NCBI GenBank assembly: GCA_963514005.1
Contig: OY740783.1
Span: 5,828,001 to 5,892,000 of the forward strand
Length of the DNA stretch: 64,000 bases
DNA from: Raja brachyura
Lineage: Eukaryota
Direction: 5' to 3'
Below the pieces are notes generated by a model that did not search any database, had not been told where the DNA came from, and saw nothing but the letters and a program-made list of their open reading frames with translations. Below, piece by piece: positions 1-12,630 of this stretch. A program made the translations under genes and the position numbers. Within the stretch, counting starts at the first letter, position 1. Every line of letters begins with the position of its first letter.

Positions 1-693
1 TGAAAGTAGGCATGCAGGTACAGCAGGCAGTGAAGAAAGCCAATGGTATGTTAGCTTTCATAGCAAAAGGATTTGAGTATGGGAGCAGGGAGGTTCTACT
101 TCAGTTGTATAGGGTTTTGGTGAGGCCACACCTGGAGTATTGCGTACAGTTCTGGTCTCCAAATCTGAGGAAGGACATTATTGCCATAGAGGGAGTGCAG
201 CGAAGGTTCACCGGACTGATTCCTGGGATGTCAGGACTGTCTTATGAACAAAGACTGCATAGACTCGGTTTATACTGTCTAGAATTTAGGAGATTGAGAG
301 GGGATCTTATAGAAACTTACAAGATTCTTAAGGGGTTGACAGGCTAGATGCAGGAAGATTGTTCACGATGTTGGGGAGGTCCAGGACAAGGGGTCACAGC
401 TTAAGGATAAGGGGGAAATCCTTTAGGACCGAGATGAGAAGGAATTTTTTCACACAGAGAGTGGTGGGTCTCTGGAACTCTCTGCCACAGAGGGTAGTTG
501 AGGCCAGTTCATTGGCTATATTTAAGAGGGAGTTAGATGTGGCCCTTGTGGCTAAGGGGATCAGAGGGTATGGAGAGAAGGCAGGTACGGGATACTGAGT
601 TGGATGATCAGCCATGATCATATTGAATGGCGGTGCAGGCTCGAAGGGCCAAATGGCCTACTCCTGCACCTAATTTCTATGTTTCTATGTTTC
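1..693 (+). mobile_element. CR1-clade LINE 3' end (young family, frameshifted ORF2 C-terminus)
   Basis: ORFs 12-347 and 359-598 encode the CR1 ORF2 C-terminus (LVRPHLEYCVQFWSP...RTRGHS...WNSLP). Ends in a (GTTTCTAT)n tail. Nearly identical to 25600-26296. Confidence 0.93.
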
Positions 694-835
694 TAACAAG
701 GAATGAATGTTGAATCACAAAGTGTTTAATGACATTGTCATTCGTAATTTACAAATTAGCCAGAAAAAGCAGCCTACCAGAGGACTGGGAGAAATTCAGT
801 CCAGCAGAGGAGGACAAAGGGCTTAATTAGGAAAG

Positions 836-2400
836 TCAAGTCAAACAAACTTTATTGTCATTTAGAAATACATCGATATATGCAATTCCAAAAAACGAAA
901 TTCCATTGCATTTGGCTCCCTGTGCAACACAAAAATTAAAAAGGGTAAAATGGAAAAAAAATGGATAAAAGGATAAAAGGATAAAATAGACAATGGTGGC
1001 AGCCCATTACATGGCATTCAGGAGTCTGATGGCTCGTGGGATGAAACTGTTGCAGAAACTTGATGTTTTGCTCCGTAAGCTACGATATCTTTTGCCCGAG
1101 AGCAGCAGAGTGAACAGTCCGTGATGGAGATGTGTGGGGTCTTTTATAATACTGCTGGCCTTAGACTCGCAACGTTTGTTCGCAATATCCCCAATTGAGG
1201 GGAGAGAAGTCCCAATTATTTTTTCCGCTGTCCTCACCACTCTCTGCACAGACTTCCAGTCGGAGACTTTACAGTCCCCAAACCAGACAGATATACAGTT
1301 GGTCAATATACTCTCTATGGTGCCCCTGTAGAAAGTGGTGAGGATGGGATGGGGGAGGTGAGCTCTTCTCATCCGGCGCAGAAAGTGCAACCGCTGCTGC
1401 GCTCTCTTAACTGTTGATGAGATGTTATTCGACCAGGTCAGACTGTTAGTGATCTGCACCCCCAGGAACTTAGTGCTACTGACCACCTCCACATCGCTGT
1501 CATTGATGTGAAGTGGTGTGGGACTATGCCGGTTTTTCCTGAAGTCGATGATGACCTCCTTTGTTTTTTCGACATTCTGGATCAGGTTGTTCGTATTGCA
1601 CCAGTCCCCCAGTTGTTTCACCTCCTCCCTGTAAGCCAGCTCATTGTCATCCTGGATGAGGCCCATCACTGTAGTGTCATCTGCGTACTTCATGGTGTGG
1701 TTTGTACTAAACCTGGCACAACAGTCGTGGGTCATCAGGGTAAACAGCAGTGGACTCAGGACACAGCCATGAGGGGAGCCGGTGCTCAGAGAGATGAAGT
1801 TAGAATTGTTATTTCCAACCCTCACTGACTGGGGTCTGTCAGTGAGGAAGTCCAGTAGCCAGTTACACATGGGGGTGCTGAGGCCCAATGGAACCAGTTT
1901 GCTTATCAGGTGCTGAGGGATAATTGTGTTGAATTCTGAACTAAAATCCACGAACAGCATTCGCACATAAATGTTCTTCTCCTCTAGATGTTCCAGGCTC
2001 AGATGGAGTAAGGAGGATATAACGTCCTCTGTGGAGCGGTTTGGCCAGTAAGCAAACTGGTATGGGTCAAGTGTGGAGGGGAGTCTGGAGGTAATATGGT
2101 CCCTGACCAGCCTCTTGAAGCACTTCATCATTATGGGAGTGAGTGCTACAGGGCGGTAGTCATTGAGACATTGCATATTGGATTTTCTTGGCACTGGTAT
2201 GATGGTGGCAGTCTTGGGACACGATGGGACAACAGCCTCGTTCCGCGAGGTGTTAAAGGACATGTGCCTGCTGATCAGCACATTTCCTGAGCACCCGCCC
2301 TGTTATGTTATCAGGGCTTGCCGCCTTTCATGTGTCCACCCCTTTTAGGGTCCTCCGGACATCCACCATGTCAAGACTGAGTGCTTGTTCATCACAGTGA
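836..2400 (-). mobile_element. Rex1/Babar-clade LINE, 5'-truncated RT fragment
   Basis: ORF 1007-2281 ([11 protein letters not shown]...[11 protein letters not shown]...KYADD...AIRLLN). AATAAA followed by a short (CTTGA)n tail on the minus strand at about 836-856. Confidence 0.85.
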
Positions 2401-2732
2401 GGAACTCAGTGAGAAAGGGAAAATAGATTATGAAAGAAAACTGGAAACGAACATAAAAAATGACTGCAAAGGTTTTTATCGATATGTGAAGAGAAAAAGG
2501 TTAGATAAAACAAATGTAGGTCCCTTGCAGTCAGAAACTGGTGAATTGATCATGCGGAACAAGGACATGGCAGACCTATTGAATAACTACTTTGGTTCTG
2601 CCTTCACTAAGAAAGACATAAATAATCTGCTGGAAATAGCAGGGGACCGGGGGTCAAATGAGATGGAGAAACTGAGTGAAATCCAGTTTAGCCGGGAAGT
2701 GGTGTTTGGTAAATTGAATGGATTAAAGGCCT

Positions 2733-4130
2733 ATAACCATATAACAATTACAGTATGGAAACAGGCCCTCTCGGCCCTTCCAGTCCGTGCCGACCATATA
2801 GTTACCCCGAGTCTCATCTACCTGCACTCAGACCATACCCCTCCATTCCCTTCCCGTCCACATACCTATCTACTTTACTTTTAAATGTTAAAATCGAACC
2901 TGCCTCCACCACTTCTGCTGGAAGCTCATTCCACACAGACACCACTCTCTGAGTAAAGAAGTTCCCCCTCATGTTACCCCTAAACTTCTGTCCCTTAATT
3001 CTAATGTCATGCCCTCTTGTTTGAATCTACCCTACCCTCAATGGGAAAAGCTTATCCACGTCAACTCTGTCTATCCCTTTCATCATTTTAAAGACCTCAA
3101 TCAAGTCCCCCGCTAGCCTTCTGCGCTCCAAAGAATAAAGACCTAACTTGTTCAACCTTTCTCTGTAACTTAGTTGCTGGAACCCAGGCAACATTCTAGT
3201 AAATCTCCTCTGTACTCTCTCTATTTTGTTGACATTCTTCCTATAATTAGGCAACCAAAATTGTACACCATACTCCAGAATTGGTCTTACCAATGCCTTG
3301 TACAATTTTAACATTACTTCCCAACTCCTACATTCAATGCTCTGATTTATAAAGGCCAGTACACCAAAAGCTTTCTTTACCACCCTATCTACATGCGATT
3401 CCACCTTCAGGGAACTATGCACAGTTATTCCTAGATCCCTCTCTTCCACAGCATTCCTCAATTCCCTACCATTTACCATGTACATCCTATTTTGATTTGT
3501 CCTGCCAAGATGTAGCACCTCACAATTATCAGCATTAAACTCCATCTGCCGTCTTTCAGCCCACTTTTCCAAATGGCCCACATTCTCTGTAGACTTTGAA
3601 AATCTACTTTGTTATCCACAACACCACCTATCTTAGTATCATCTGCATACTTACTTATCCAATTTTCCACCCCATCATCCAGATCATTGATGTACATGCC
3701 AAACAACAGTGGACCCAACACCGATCCCTGAGGCAACCCACTGGTCACCGGCTGCCAACCTGACAAACAGCCATCCACCATTATTCTCGGACATCTCCCA
3801 TTCAGCCACATTTGAATCCATCTTGCTACTCTGCCATTAACACCCAAAGATTGAACCTTCTTAACCAACCTTCCATGGGGAACCTTGTCAAAGGCCTTAC
3901 TGAAATCCATATAGACAACATCCACTGCTTTACCCTCATCAATTTCCCTAGTTTGTCAAACATGACCTTCCAGGCACAAATCCATGTTGACTGTTATTGA
4001 TCGGACCCTGTTTATCCAGATGCTTATATATATTATCTCTAACTTTCCATTAATTTGCCCACCACTGACGTCAAACTAACAGGTCTATAGTTGCTAGGTT
4101 TATTCTTTGATCCCTTTTTAAACAATGGAA
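2733..4130 (-). mobile_element. CR1 LINE, second family, 5'-truncated
   Basis: ORFs 3473-3925 and 3027-3581 (DFSKAFDKVPH, PQGSVLGP, KYADD). Short TATAACCA-type tail at 2733. Confidence 0.88.
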
Positions 4131-4787
4131 CAACATCCCCAGGATAAATCCAGAACAGTGGAACAACATCCCCAGGATCAATGGATAAATCCCCAGGGCA
4201 AAGATAGGCTGCATCCCAGAGTACTTAAGGAAGTAGCCCCAGAAATAGTGGATGCATTAGTGATAATTTTTCAAAACTCTTTAGATTCTGGAGTAGTTCC
4301 TGAGGATTGGAGGGTAGCTAATGTAACCCCACTTTTAAAAAATGGAGGGAGAGAGAAAACGGGGAATTACAGACCAGTTAGTCTAACATCGGTAGTGGGG
4401 ACAATGCTAGAGTCAGCTATTAAAGATGGGATAGCAGCACATTTGGAAAGTGGTGAAATCATTGGACAAAGTCAGCATGGATTTATGAAAGGTTAATTAT
4501 GTCTGACGAACCTTATAGAATTTTTCGAGTACGTAACCAGTAGAGTGGATAAGGGAGAACCTGTGGATGTGTTATATCTGGACTTTCAGAAGGCATTTGA
4601 CAAGGTCCCACATAAGAGATTAGTATACAAATGGAAAGCACATTGTATTGGGGGTTCAGTATTGATGTGGATAGCGAACTGGCTGGCAGACAGGAAGCAA
4701 AGAGTAGGAGTAAACAGGTAATTTTCAGAATGACACGCAGTGTCTATTGTGGTACCGCAAGGCTCAGTGCTGGGCCACTTTGGTGGC

Positions 4788-5360
4788 TGTTAGGTACTTC
4801 CCCTCCCCCTCTGGCGAATGCGATGGACTTACCTTTCTGTTTCTCTGCAGGCCGTGGCTGGGAGCCAGGAATCAAGGGGTTAAGAGCTTCTGTACCTGAT
4901 TGGCCAAGCTACGTCAGGTGACTCATCGGTAGCTTAAAAGGCAGACGCTCCCAGAATTCTCTCTCTTCGTGCTAGATCCCTGAAGGAAGAGGTGCCGGTC
5001 TGAGCTGCAGGAGGCCTGGCCGCATGGCAGAGCACTTTGTATATTTGTCGCATATATTTGCAAATTAATGTTGTCTTGGGATGGTAGGGATGACCTGAGA
5101 GTTTTCAGGTATTTTTGGTTGCAGGGTTTTGTCTATATAGGCAGGATTAGGGTCTTCAGTCCGATGGCCCATTGAGAGGCTGGCTGGAGCACACTTATAT
5201 ATTATTTGTCAGCCAATTCTGGTCCTTGACCGTGTTGTTTAAATCAGCTTTGTGTTTTGTCTTAGTTTAACACAATTAAAGACTTTTTTTAATCTTAAAC
5301 TTGACCCTGGTTTTGATTTGTTACGCAACTCTGAGGAACCTGCCTTCGGGGGTCGTAACA
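4788..5360 (+). mobile_element. Solo LTR (573 bp) inserted in CR1
   Basis: Begins TGTTA and ends TAACA. Flanked by a 5-bp duplication GTGGC (4783-4787, 5361-5365). ATTAAA at 5275-5280. The CR1 resumes exactly after the insert. Confidence 0.8.
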
Positions 5361-6147
5361 GTGGCAAAAACAGGAAAGTAGACTATTATCTGAATGGTGG
5401 CCGATTAGGAAAAGGGGAGATGCAACGAGACCTGGGTGTCATGGTGCACCAGTCATTTAAAGTAGGCATGCAGGTGCAGCAGGCAGTGAAGAAAGCGAAT
5501 GGTATGTTGGCATTCGTAGCAAAAGGATTTGAGTACAAGAGCAGGGAGGTTCTACTGCAGTTGTACAGGGTCTTGATGAAGCCACACCTGGAGTATTGCG
5601 TGCAGTTTTGGTCTCTTAATCTGAGGAAGGACATTATTGCCATAGAGGGAGTACAGAGAAGGTTCACCAGACTGATTCCTGGGATGGCAGAACTTCCATA
5701 TGAAGAAAGACTGGATAGACTCGGCTTGTACTCGCTGGAATTTAGAAGATTGAGGGGGAATCTTATAGAGACTTACAAAATTCATAAGGGGTTGGACAGG
5801 CTAGATGGAGGAAGATTGTTTCCGATGTTGGGGAAGTCCAGAACAAGGGGTCACAGTTTAAGGATAAGGGGGAATTCCTTTAGGACCGAGATGAGGAAAA
5901 CATTTTTCACACGAGAGAGTGGTGAGTGTCTGCAATTCTCTGCCACAGAAGGTAGTTGAGGGCAGTTCATTGGCTATATTTAAGAAGGAGTTAGATGTGG
6001 CCCTTGTGGCTAAAGGGATCAGGTGGTATGGAGAGAAGGCAGGTACAGGACACTGAGTTGGATGATCAGCCATGATCATATTGAATGGCGGTGCAGGCTC
6101 AATTGGCCTACACCTACACCTATTTTCTATGTTTCTATGTTTCTATT

Positions 6148-7988
6148 TTATGGTGTACCGGACATTGATCTGTTTGCATCCGTGATTAATCACCAGTTAC
6201 CAAATTACGTGTCATGGGAGTCAGACCTAGGGGCAGTAGCAGTTGATGCATTCTCACTACATTTGTATGTATTTGTATGTATTTCCCCTATTCTGCCTCA
6301 TCAGTTGATGCTTGGCCAAGATCAAGCAAGACTCCACTTCCGGCATATTAGCAGTACCAGACTGGCCGACTCAGCATTGGTTTCCACTCGTCCGAGCTAT
6401 AATTACACAGCCTTTTATGGCTCTCCCCAAGAGCAGAAATCTGCTGGTACACCCTGTGACAGGGGAAAGCCATCCTCTTCATGACCGTGGAAATGTATTG
6501 GTTTGCCGATTCTGAGGAGACCGTTCCTGGGGCTCGGGCTTTCAGAGCGTACGATAGATGTGATCACTGCGGCCTGGAGGAAGAGCATCCAAAAACAGTA
6601 CCTCACTCACATAAGGAAATGGGAGATGTACTGTTCTCTCTCAAAAATTTCATATGACACGGCTTCCATCACGGATGTTTTGGAGTTTCTTTCATCACTT
6701 TTCTACGATCAGAAGCTCAGTTACAGTGCCATAAATAGTGCTAGGAGCGCTTTGTCATCTTATTTATGGCTGGGGTCAGGGAATTACACTGTAGGATCTC
6801 ATCCCTTAATAACTAAATTCATGAAGGGCATTTTTAACTCTACTCCCCCTAGGCCTACGTATTCACAGATATGGGATGTGAGCGCGGTTCTCACGCTGCT
6901 CCGTCAGTGGGCACCAGCTTCATCCCTGTCTCTGCATTATCTCACACTCAAGGTAGTCATGCTCATGGCGTTGGCCTCAGCTCAACGGGTCCAGACGTTA
7001 CACAAACTTAGACTGGACAGCATGGTTACATCTTGTGATAACATCACCTTTTTTGTTCATGATCTCATTAAGCAGAGCAGGCCGGTGATATTGGGGCTAG
7101 AAATTAGTTTTATGGCTGACTCCTTAAACCTACAGTTGTGTGTGGTTTTATATACGTTAAGGTCACTAAGGGCCTCAGAGGCCCGGAACTATCCTTATTC
7201 GTCAGCTACACCAAACCTCATAGGAAGGTTACAGTGCAGACCATCTCAAAATGGATTAAACAGGTTCTGGCATGTGCAGGAGTGAACACTGACACCTTTA
7301 AACCTTATTCCACCAGGGTTGCATCGACATCAGCAGCAAGGGATATGGACGTCCCTCTAGACCACATTCTAGCGGCTGCGGGATGGTCTAATGAGCGGAC
7401 GTACCAAAGGTTTTACAACAAACCTATCGCCAGACCGGGGACTTTCGGTAATTCTGTTTTAAGTTCTGTTTCACAGTTTCCCCCTGGGTCAGAGGGGTCA
7501 CTGTTAATTTTCTTTTTGCTATTAAAGCATTAGCATTTTTATCCATGTCATGTTTGAATGCATTAATTCTTTCTCACTCATCCTGGTCAATTGATGCAGT
7601 GTGTGACGCATGGAGTAGTTTCCACGGCATGAAATCCCAGAGCTTCAGAATCTTCACGTAGTCACTCATGTGACTCCGAAGTAAAATAGTAAGATTAAAC
7701 GAGAACTTACCAGTTTGAAGTTTGATCTTTATTTTATGAGGTGTTACGATGAGCGATTACGTGCCCTCCGCTCCCGACCCTCGTAACATAAAGATTTTTC
7801 TGGAAGTTCTAGTCAGCTCAAATATTACTATTTTAGGTCACAACTGTTCTTCTGTGATTTCACATCGCTGCTTTGAAGATTGACGCGCATGCGGGTTGAC
7901 GACCTTCTTCACGTAATCGCTCATCGTAACTCCTCATGACACAAAGATCAAACTTCAAACTGGTAAGTTCTCATTTAATCTTACTAAT
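6148..7988 (+). mobile_element. 5'-truncated DIRS1-like retrotransposon (MT end, frameshifted YR, ICR, right terminus)
   Basis: PDIDLFAS and PDWPTQ motifs. YR in ORFs 6503-7285 and 7138-7533 (SAQRVQTL, YSTR, AGW, RFY). ICR at about 7650-7763 is complementary to the right end at about 7909-7986. Confidence 0.9.
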
Positions 7989-8111
7989 ATGTGGTACAAA
8001 TCCGAATGCATTTTCCATGTCCAGAAAACGCTACATTCCAACATCTTCTCTCAAGCATGGCAGTCTGAATCTGGTGCCATAACTGTTCAAAACTGTGTTC
8101 AAACAGAATCA

Positions 8112-10670
8112 GGTTTTGACGGTATGAGAAGGAAATTAGCTAGGATAAACTGGCAAGTGATACTTAATGGCTTGACGATGGATATGTAATGGCAAAGATT
8201 TAAAGATCGTATGGATGAATTGCAACAATTGTTCACCCCTGTTTGGCGTAAAAATAAAACAGGGAAGGCGGCTCAACTGTGGCTAACGATCGAAATTGGG
8301 GACAGTGTTAAATCCAAAGCGCATAAATTGGCCAGAGGAAGCAGCAAACCGGTGGACTGGGAGAAATTTAAAATTTAACAGAAGAGGACAAAGGGTTTAA
8401 TTAAGAGGGGGAAAGTGGAGCATGAAAGGAAGCTTGTGAGGAAAATATTAGTGAAGACAAATGTAGGTCCCTTACAGTCAGAAACAGGTTAATTTATAAT
8501 GGGAAACAAGAAAATGGCAGACCAGTTAAACAAATACTTTGGTTCTGTCTTCACTAAGGAAGACACAAACATTCTCCCAGAAATACAAGGGGACCCAGGA
8601 TCTAGTAGGAGGGAGGAAGTGAAGGAAATCCACATCAGTCAGGGAATGTTGTTGGGTAAACTGTTGGGACTGAAGGCAGATAAATCCCCAGAGCCTGATG
8701 GTCTGCATGCAAACCAACTCAAGGAGGTGGCCCTCGAAGTCGTGGATGCATTCGTGATCATTTTCCAATGTTCTATAGACACAGGATCAGCTCCTGTGGA
8801 CTGGAGGGTAGCTAATGTAACCCCACTTTTTGAGGAAGGACGGAGAAAGAAAACAGGGAATTATAGACCAGTTAGCCTGACATCGGTAGTGGGGAAGATG
8901 CTTGAGTCGATTATTAAAGATGTTATAGCAGCGCATTTGGAAAGCACTGACAGGATCGGTCAAAATCGGCATGGATTTATGAAGGGGAAAACATGCTTTC
9001 TTTTTTGGGTTTTTTTTTGTTAGAAGTAAGTACAGTAATGTAGTACCTGATACATACATACATACATACATACATACATACATACATACATACATACATA
9101 CATACATACATGTTGCCATTCTTGTACAAGTTCTTATTTTTTATTTAATAATAAAATAGAAAAAGGAAAATAATGAGTGTCGAGATAGATAGACAAGAGA
9201 GTAGAAACAGATAGCGAGAGAGACAAAAAGCAGAGATAAGAAGCTAAGGAGATTGAAAAAGAAAAGGAAAATAAAAAGGAAAGAAATTAGGAGAGATATA
9301 CCTATTTAATATCTTTACCCATCCATCACCCAGTTCTGAACCATTTAATTTCTAAAGTTATGTTATGTTGCACCATATGCTTGTAAGTCGATAAAAGGAG
9401 ACCAAGTCTTTAAGAATTGGTCTACTTTGCCTAGTAGGAGGAATCTCATTTCTTCAAGATGTAGCGTTTCCGTCATATTTGAAATCCACATTTTGAACGT
9501 TGGCGTGGATGCGTTTTTCCAAAATTTAAGTATGTTTTTTTGCTGTTATTAAACCATAATTAAAGAGCGCTTCTTGGAACGTAGATAATTTACGCCCCTC
9601 TTCCATTGATCCGAAGATAATCAGTTCTGTATTGGGGTTCAATTTTGTGCTGAATAGTTTTGTAAAAGTTCCGAAGATTTCATTCCAACATTGATGAAGT
9701 TTTGTACAAGAGACAAAGGAATGTGCTATAGTGGCATTTTGAGTTAGACATTTGTCACAAATGTGGGAAACATTTGGAAATATTTTATTCAACCTGGTTT
9801 TCGAGTAATATAGTCTATGTAAAATTTTAAATTGAATTAATGCTTGGAAAATTGGAAACCATGCTTGACTAATCTTCCGGAATTTTTAGAGTATGTAAGA
9901 GGGAAAATGGATAAGGGAGAGCCAATGGATGTGGTGTATCTGGACTACATAATGCCCTTTGAAAATGTCCCACACAATTGATTAGTGTGCAAAATGAGCG
10001 CACATGATATTGGGGGTTAGATATTGTCACGGATAGAAAACTGGTTGGCTGACAGGAATCAAAGAGTAGGAATTAACGGGCTATTTTCAGAATGACAGGC
10101 CGTGACTAGTGGGTGGCTCAAGGCTCAATGCTGGTACCCCCAGGTATTTTCTATATATATTACCGATTTGGACGAAGAAATTAAATTTAACCTCTCCAAG
10201 TTTGCGGATGACACAGAACTGGGTGGTAGTGTGAGTTTCGAGAAGGACTATTTGAGGCTACATGGTGACTTGGATATGTTGGGTCAGTGGGCATATGCAT
10301 GGTAGATACAGTACAACGTGGATACATTTTGAGATTATCCATTTTGGTGGCAAGAAAAATAAGGTAGATTATTATCTGAATGGTGTCAGATTAGGAAAAG
10401 TAAAGATGCAACGTGACCTGTGTGTCCTTGTACATCAGTCACTGAAAATAAACATACAGGTTAGGCAGGCAGTGAAGAAAGCGAATGGCATGTTGGCCTT
10501 CACAGCGAGGGAATTTGAGTAAAGGAGCAAGGAGGTCCCACTGCGGATGTACAGGGCCTTGATGAGACTACACCTATAGTATGGTGTGCAATTTTATCTC
10601 CTAATTTGAGGAAGAACATTCTTGCCATTGAATGAGTACAGCTTAGGTTCACCAGGTTAATTCCCAGGTT
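8112..10670 (+). mobile_element. Degraded CR1 LINE interrupted by an L1 fragment
   Basis: ORFs 8499-9023, 10102-10305 and 10262-10522 carry CR1 RT motifs, with many stops and frameshifts. Confidence 0.8.
9000..9845 (-). mobile_element. L1/Tx1-clade LINE 3' end containing a (CATA)n microsatellite (9052-9111)
   Basis: ORF 9526-9792 has the L1 ORF2 C-terminal CCHC motif (CDKC...H...C). T-rich tail on the plus strand at about 9000-9020. Confidence 0.7.
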
Positions 10671-12356
10671 GCCAGACATAAAAACAGCTTTTTTCCACAA
10701 ACAGTAGTTCTACTTAATAACCAAAAGTCTGTAAACTCCTTTTGCTCTGCTATTTTATTTCATTCACATGTTTGAACTATAATGTTTTATTCTTAATATT
10801 TTAAGGTTTTATGTTTTATTCTTAATGGTTTAGTCTTAATGCGAGCGGAGCACCAAGACAAATTCTTTGTGACTGCATATACGTGGCCAATATGATGAAA
10901 GAATGGAGCGACTAGGCTTAAATCTCTTCCCTGTACGGGTGACCCGACCTTTTCCCTGTCGGGTCCCCATTGTCGTTGGGGCCTAGCACCGTGGAGCGGC
11001 CTCCAACCAGTACGACCCGGGCGCTCCAGTCGCGGAGCCTGCGGACTCACCATCGCGGAGCTGGCCGGCTTCGGGGCGTGGAGAGCTGTGATGGTGCACG
11101 GCTGCGACCCGACTCCGGAGCGCGGAGGCCCCAGCTGCAGGTTTTTTGTTGGCAGGTACCCCATAAAAATGAGCAATTTTATTGGCTTAAGCCCATCGCA
11201 CACTATTTAAAATGGCAATGTAGGCAAAAATGCTGGAGAAACTCAGCGGGTGAGGCAGCATCTATGTCTGAGTTTGACCCTTCTTCAGATTCAAGCATTT
11301 CTCCAGGATTTTTATCTACCGCTCTATAGATGCTGCCTCATCCGCATTCACATTCCCGTGCAGATGGGTGGTCCCAGCACTGCCCCCGTGTCCCCCCCCT
11401 GAGGCACCGCTCACATCTCCCACCCTCATCTCCGGCGGCTCTGTCCACACCACATGGAGTTTTAACCCCGGCCCGGAGCCAGGAGCCGACCAGGTGAGTG
11501 GGGGCATCGGGGCCGCCTCCGGAGCCGCGGGGATGAATCTCGGGCTAAGGCGCCGCTCCGATGCCCGACCCCCGGGTCACTGACCCTCACCTCCCCCGAA
11601 CCCCCGGGCCACTGACCCTCACCTCCCCTGGACCCAAGCTGGACACACAGCACCTGGGCCGGCCCGCATTCCCGGGGAGGGGGGGAGAGGGAAATGCTCC
11701 CCGGACATCGCCAAGTCTCCGCTCACTCCGGGTGTTGTCGCCGCTTCACTGACCCACACTCTCACACACACTGGCACACACAAAGTTTAAAGGGATTTGG
11801 GCCAAATGCGGATAAATGGGACTAGTTTAGATTGGGCATCTTGATCTGCATGAACAAGTTGGGATGAAGGGCCTGTTTCCATGCTGTAAGACTATGACAC
11901 ACTGTAGAAAGGGTGCAATTGCTCTGGAGAGGATCCAGGGGCGATTTATGAACATATTGGCGGTGCTGGAATTTTTTTTCACTTTGAAGAAAGATTTGAT
12001 AACTGGAATTGTATTCTTTGCAGCAACGGAGGTGAAGAAAATAAGTTGATGTGAATAATATTATGAGAATAGGACCTGTTTCGCTTAATAAGGAGTGTAA
12101 GAAGGAACTGCAGATGCTGGCTTAAACTGAAGATAGATACTAAAAGCTGGAATAACTCAGCAGGACAGGCAGCATTTGTGGAGAGAAAGAATAGGTGATG
12201 TTTCGGGTCAAGACCTTCAGACTGAAGAGGTTGAAAACCAGCCATAAAACACAATGACTGGAGATGTGGGTTATCCAACTAAGGGCAGGAATTAAAATCA
12301 TGTGTTCATCTTTATTGACGTGTCGCCATAATAAATATTACAGAAAAAAATGAATG

Positions 12357-12630
12357 GGGTGGCACGGTGGCACAGCGGTAGAGTTGCTGTCTTGCAGCAC
12401 CACAGACCCAGATTTGATCCTGACTACGGGTGCTGTCTGTACAGTATTTGTACATTCTCCTTATGACCACATGGATTTCTGTGGAAATTCCGGTTTCTCC
12501 CACATCTGAAAGAAGTGCAGGTTTGTAGGTTAATTGGCTTCTGTAAATTGTCCGTGGCGTGTAGGATACAACTGGTGTATGATAGATTGCGGTCGGTGTC
12601 GAATTGGTGGGCAGAAGGGCCTGCTACCAT
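12357..12630 (+). mobile_element. tRNA-derived SINE (HE1/V-SINE-like)
   Basis: A-box-like TGGCACAGCGG, degenerate B-box GATTTGATCC, then a conserved-looking core (GGGTGCTGTCTGT...TTTGTACATTCTCC). A related copy lies on the minus strand at about 31790-32040. Confidence 0.6.

Larger units (their letters stand above)
755..6142 (+). mobile_element. Degenerate CR1 LINE split into pieces (755-835, 2410-2731, 4184-4787, 5361-6142) by three nested insertions
   Basis: Colinear ORF2 fragments (ORFs 2381-2884, 4125-4496, 5252-5959) resume across each insertion. 3' tail near 6130. Confidence 0.85.

Noticed and set aside
12357-12430. tRNA gene
   Set aside because: Degenerate B-box, no cloverleaf, and it continues into a SINE body.
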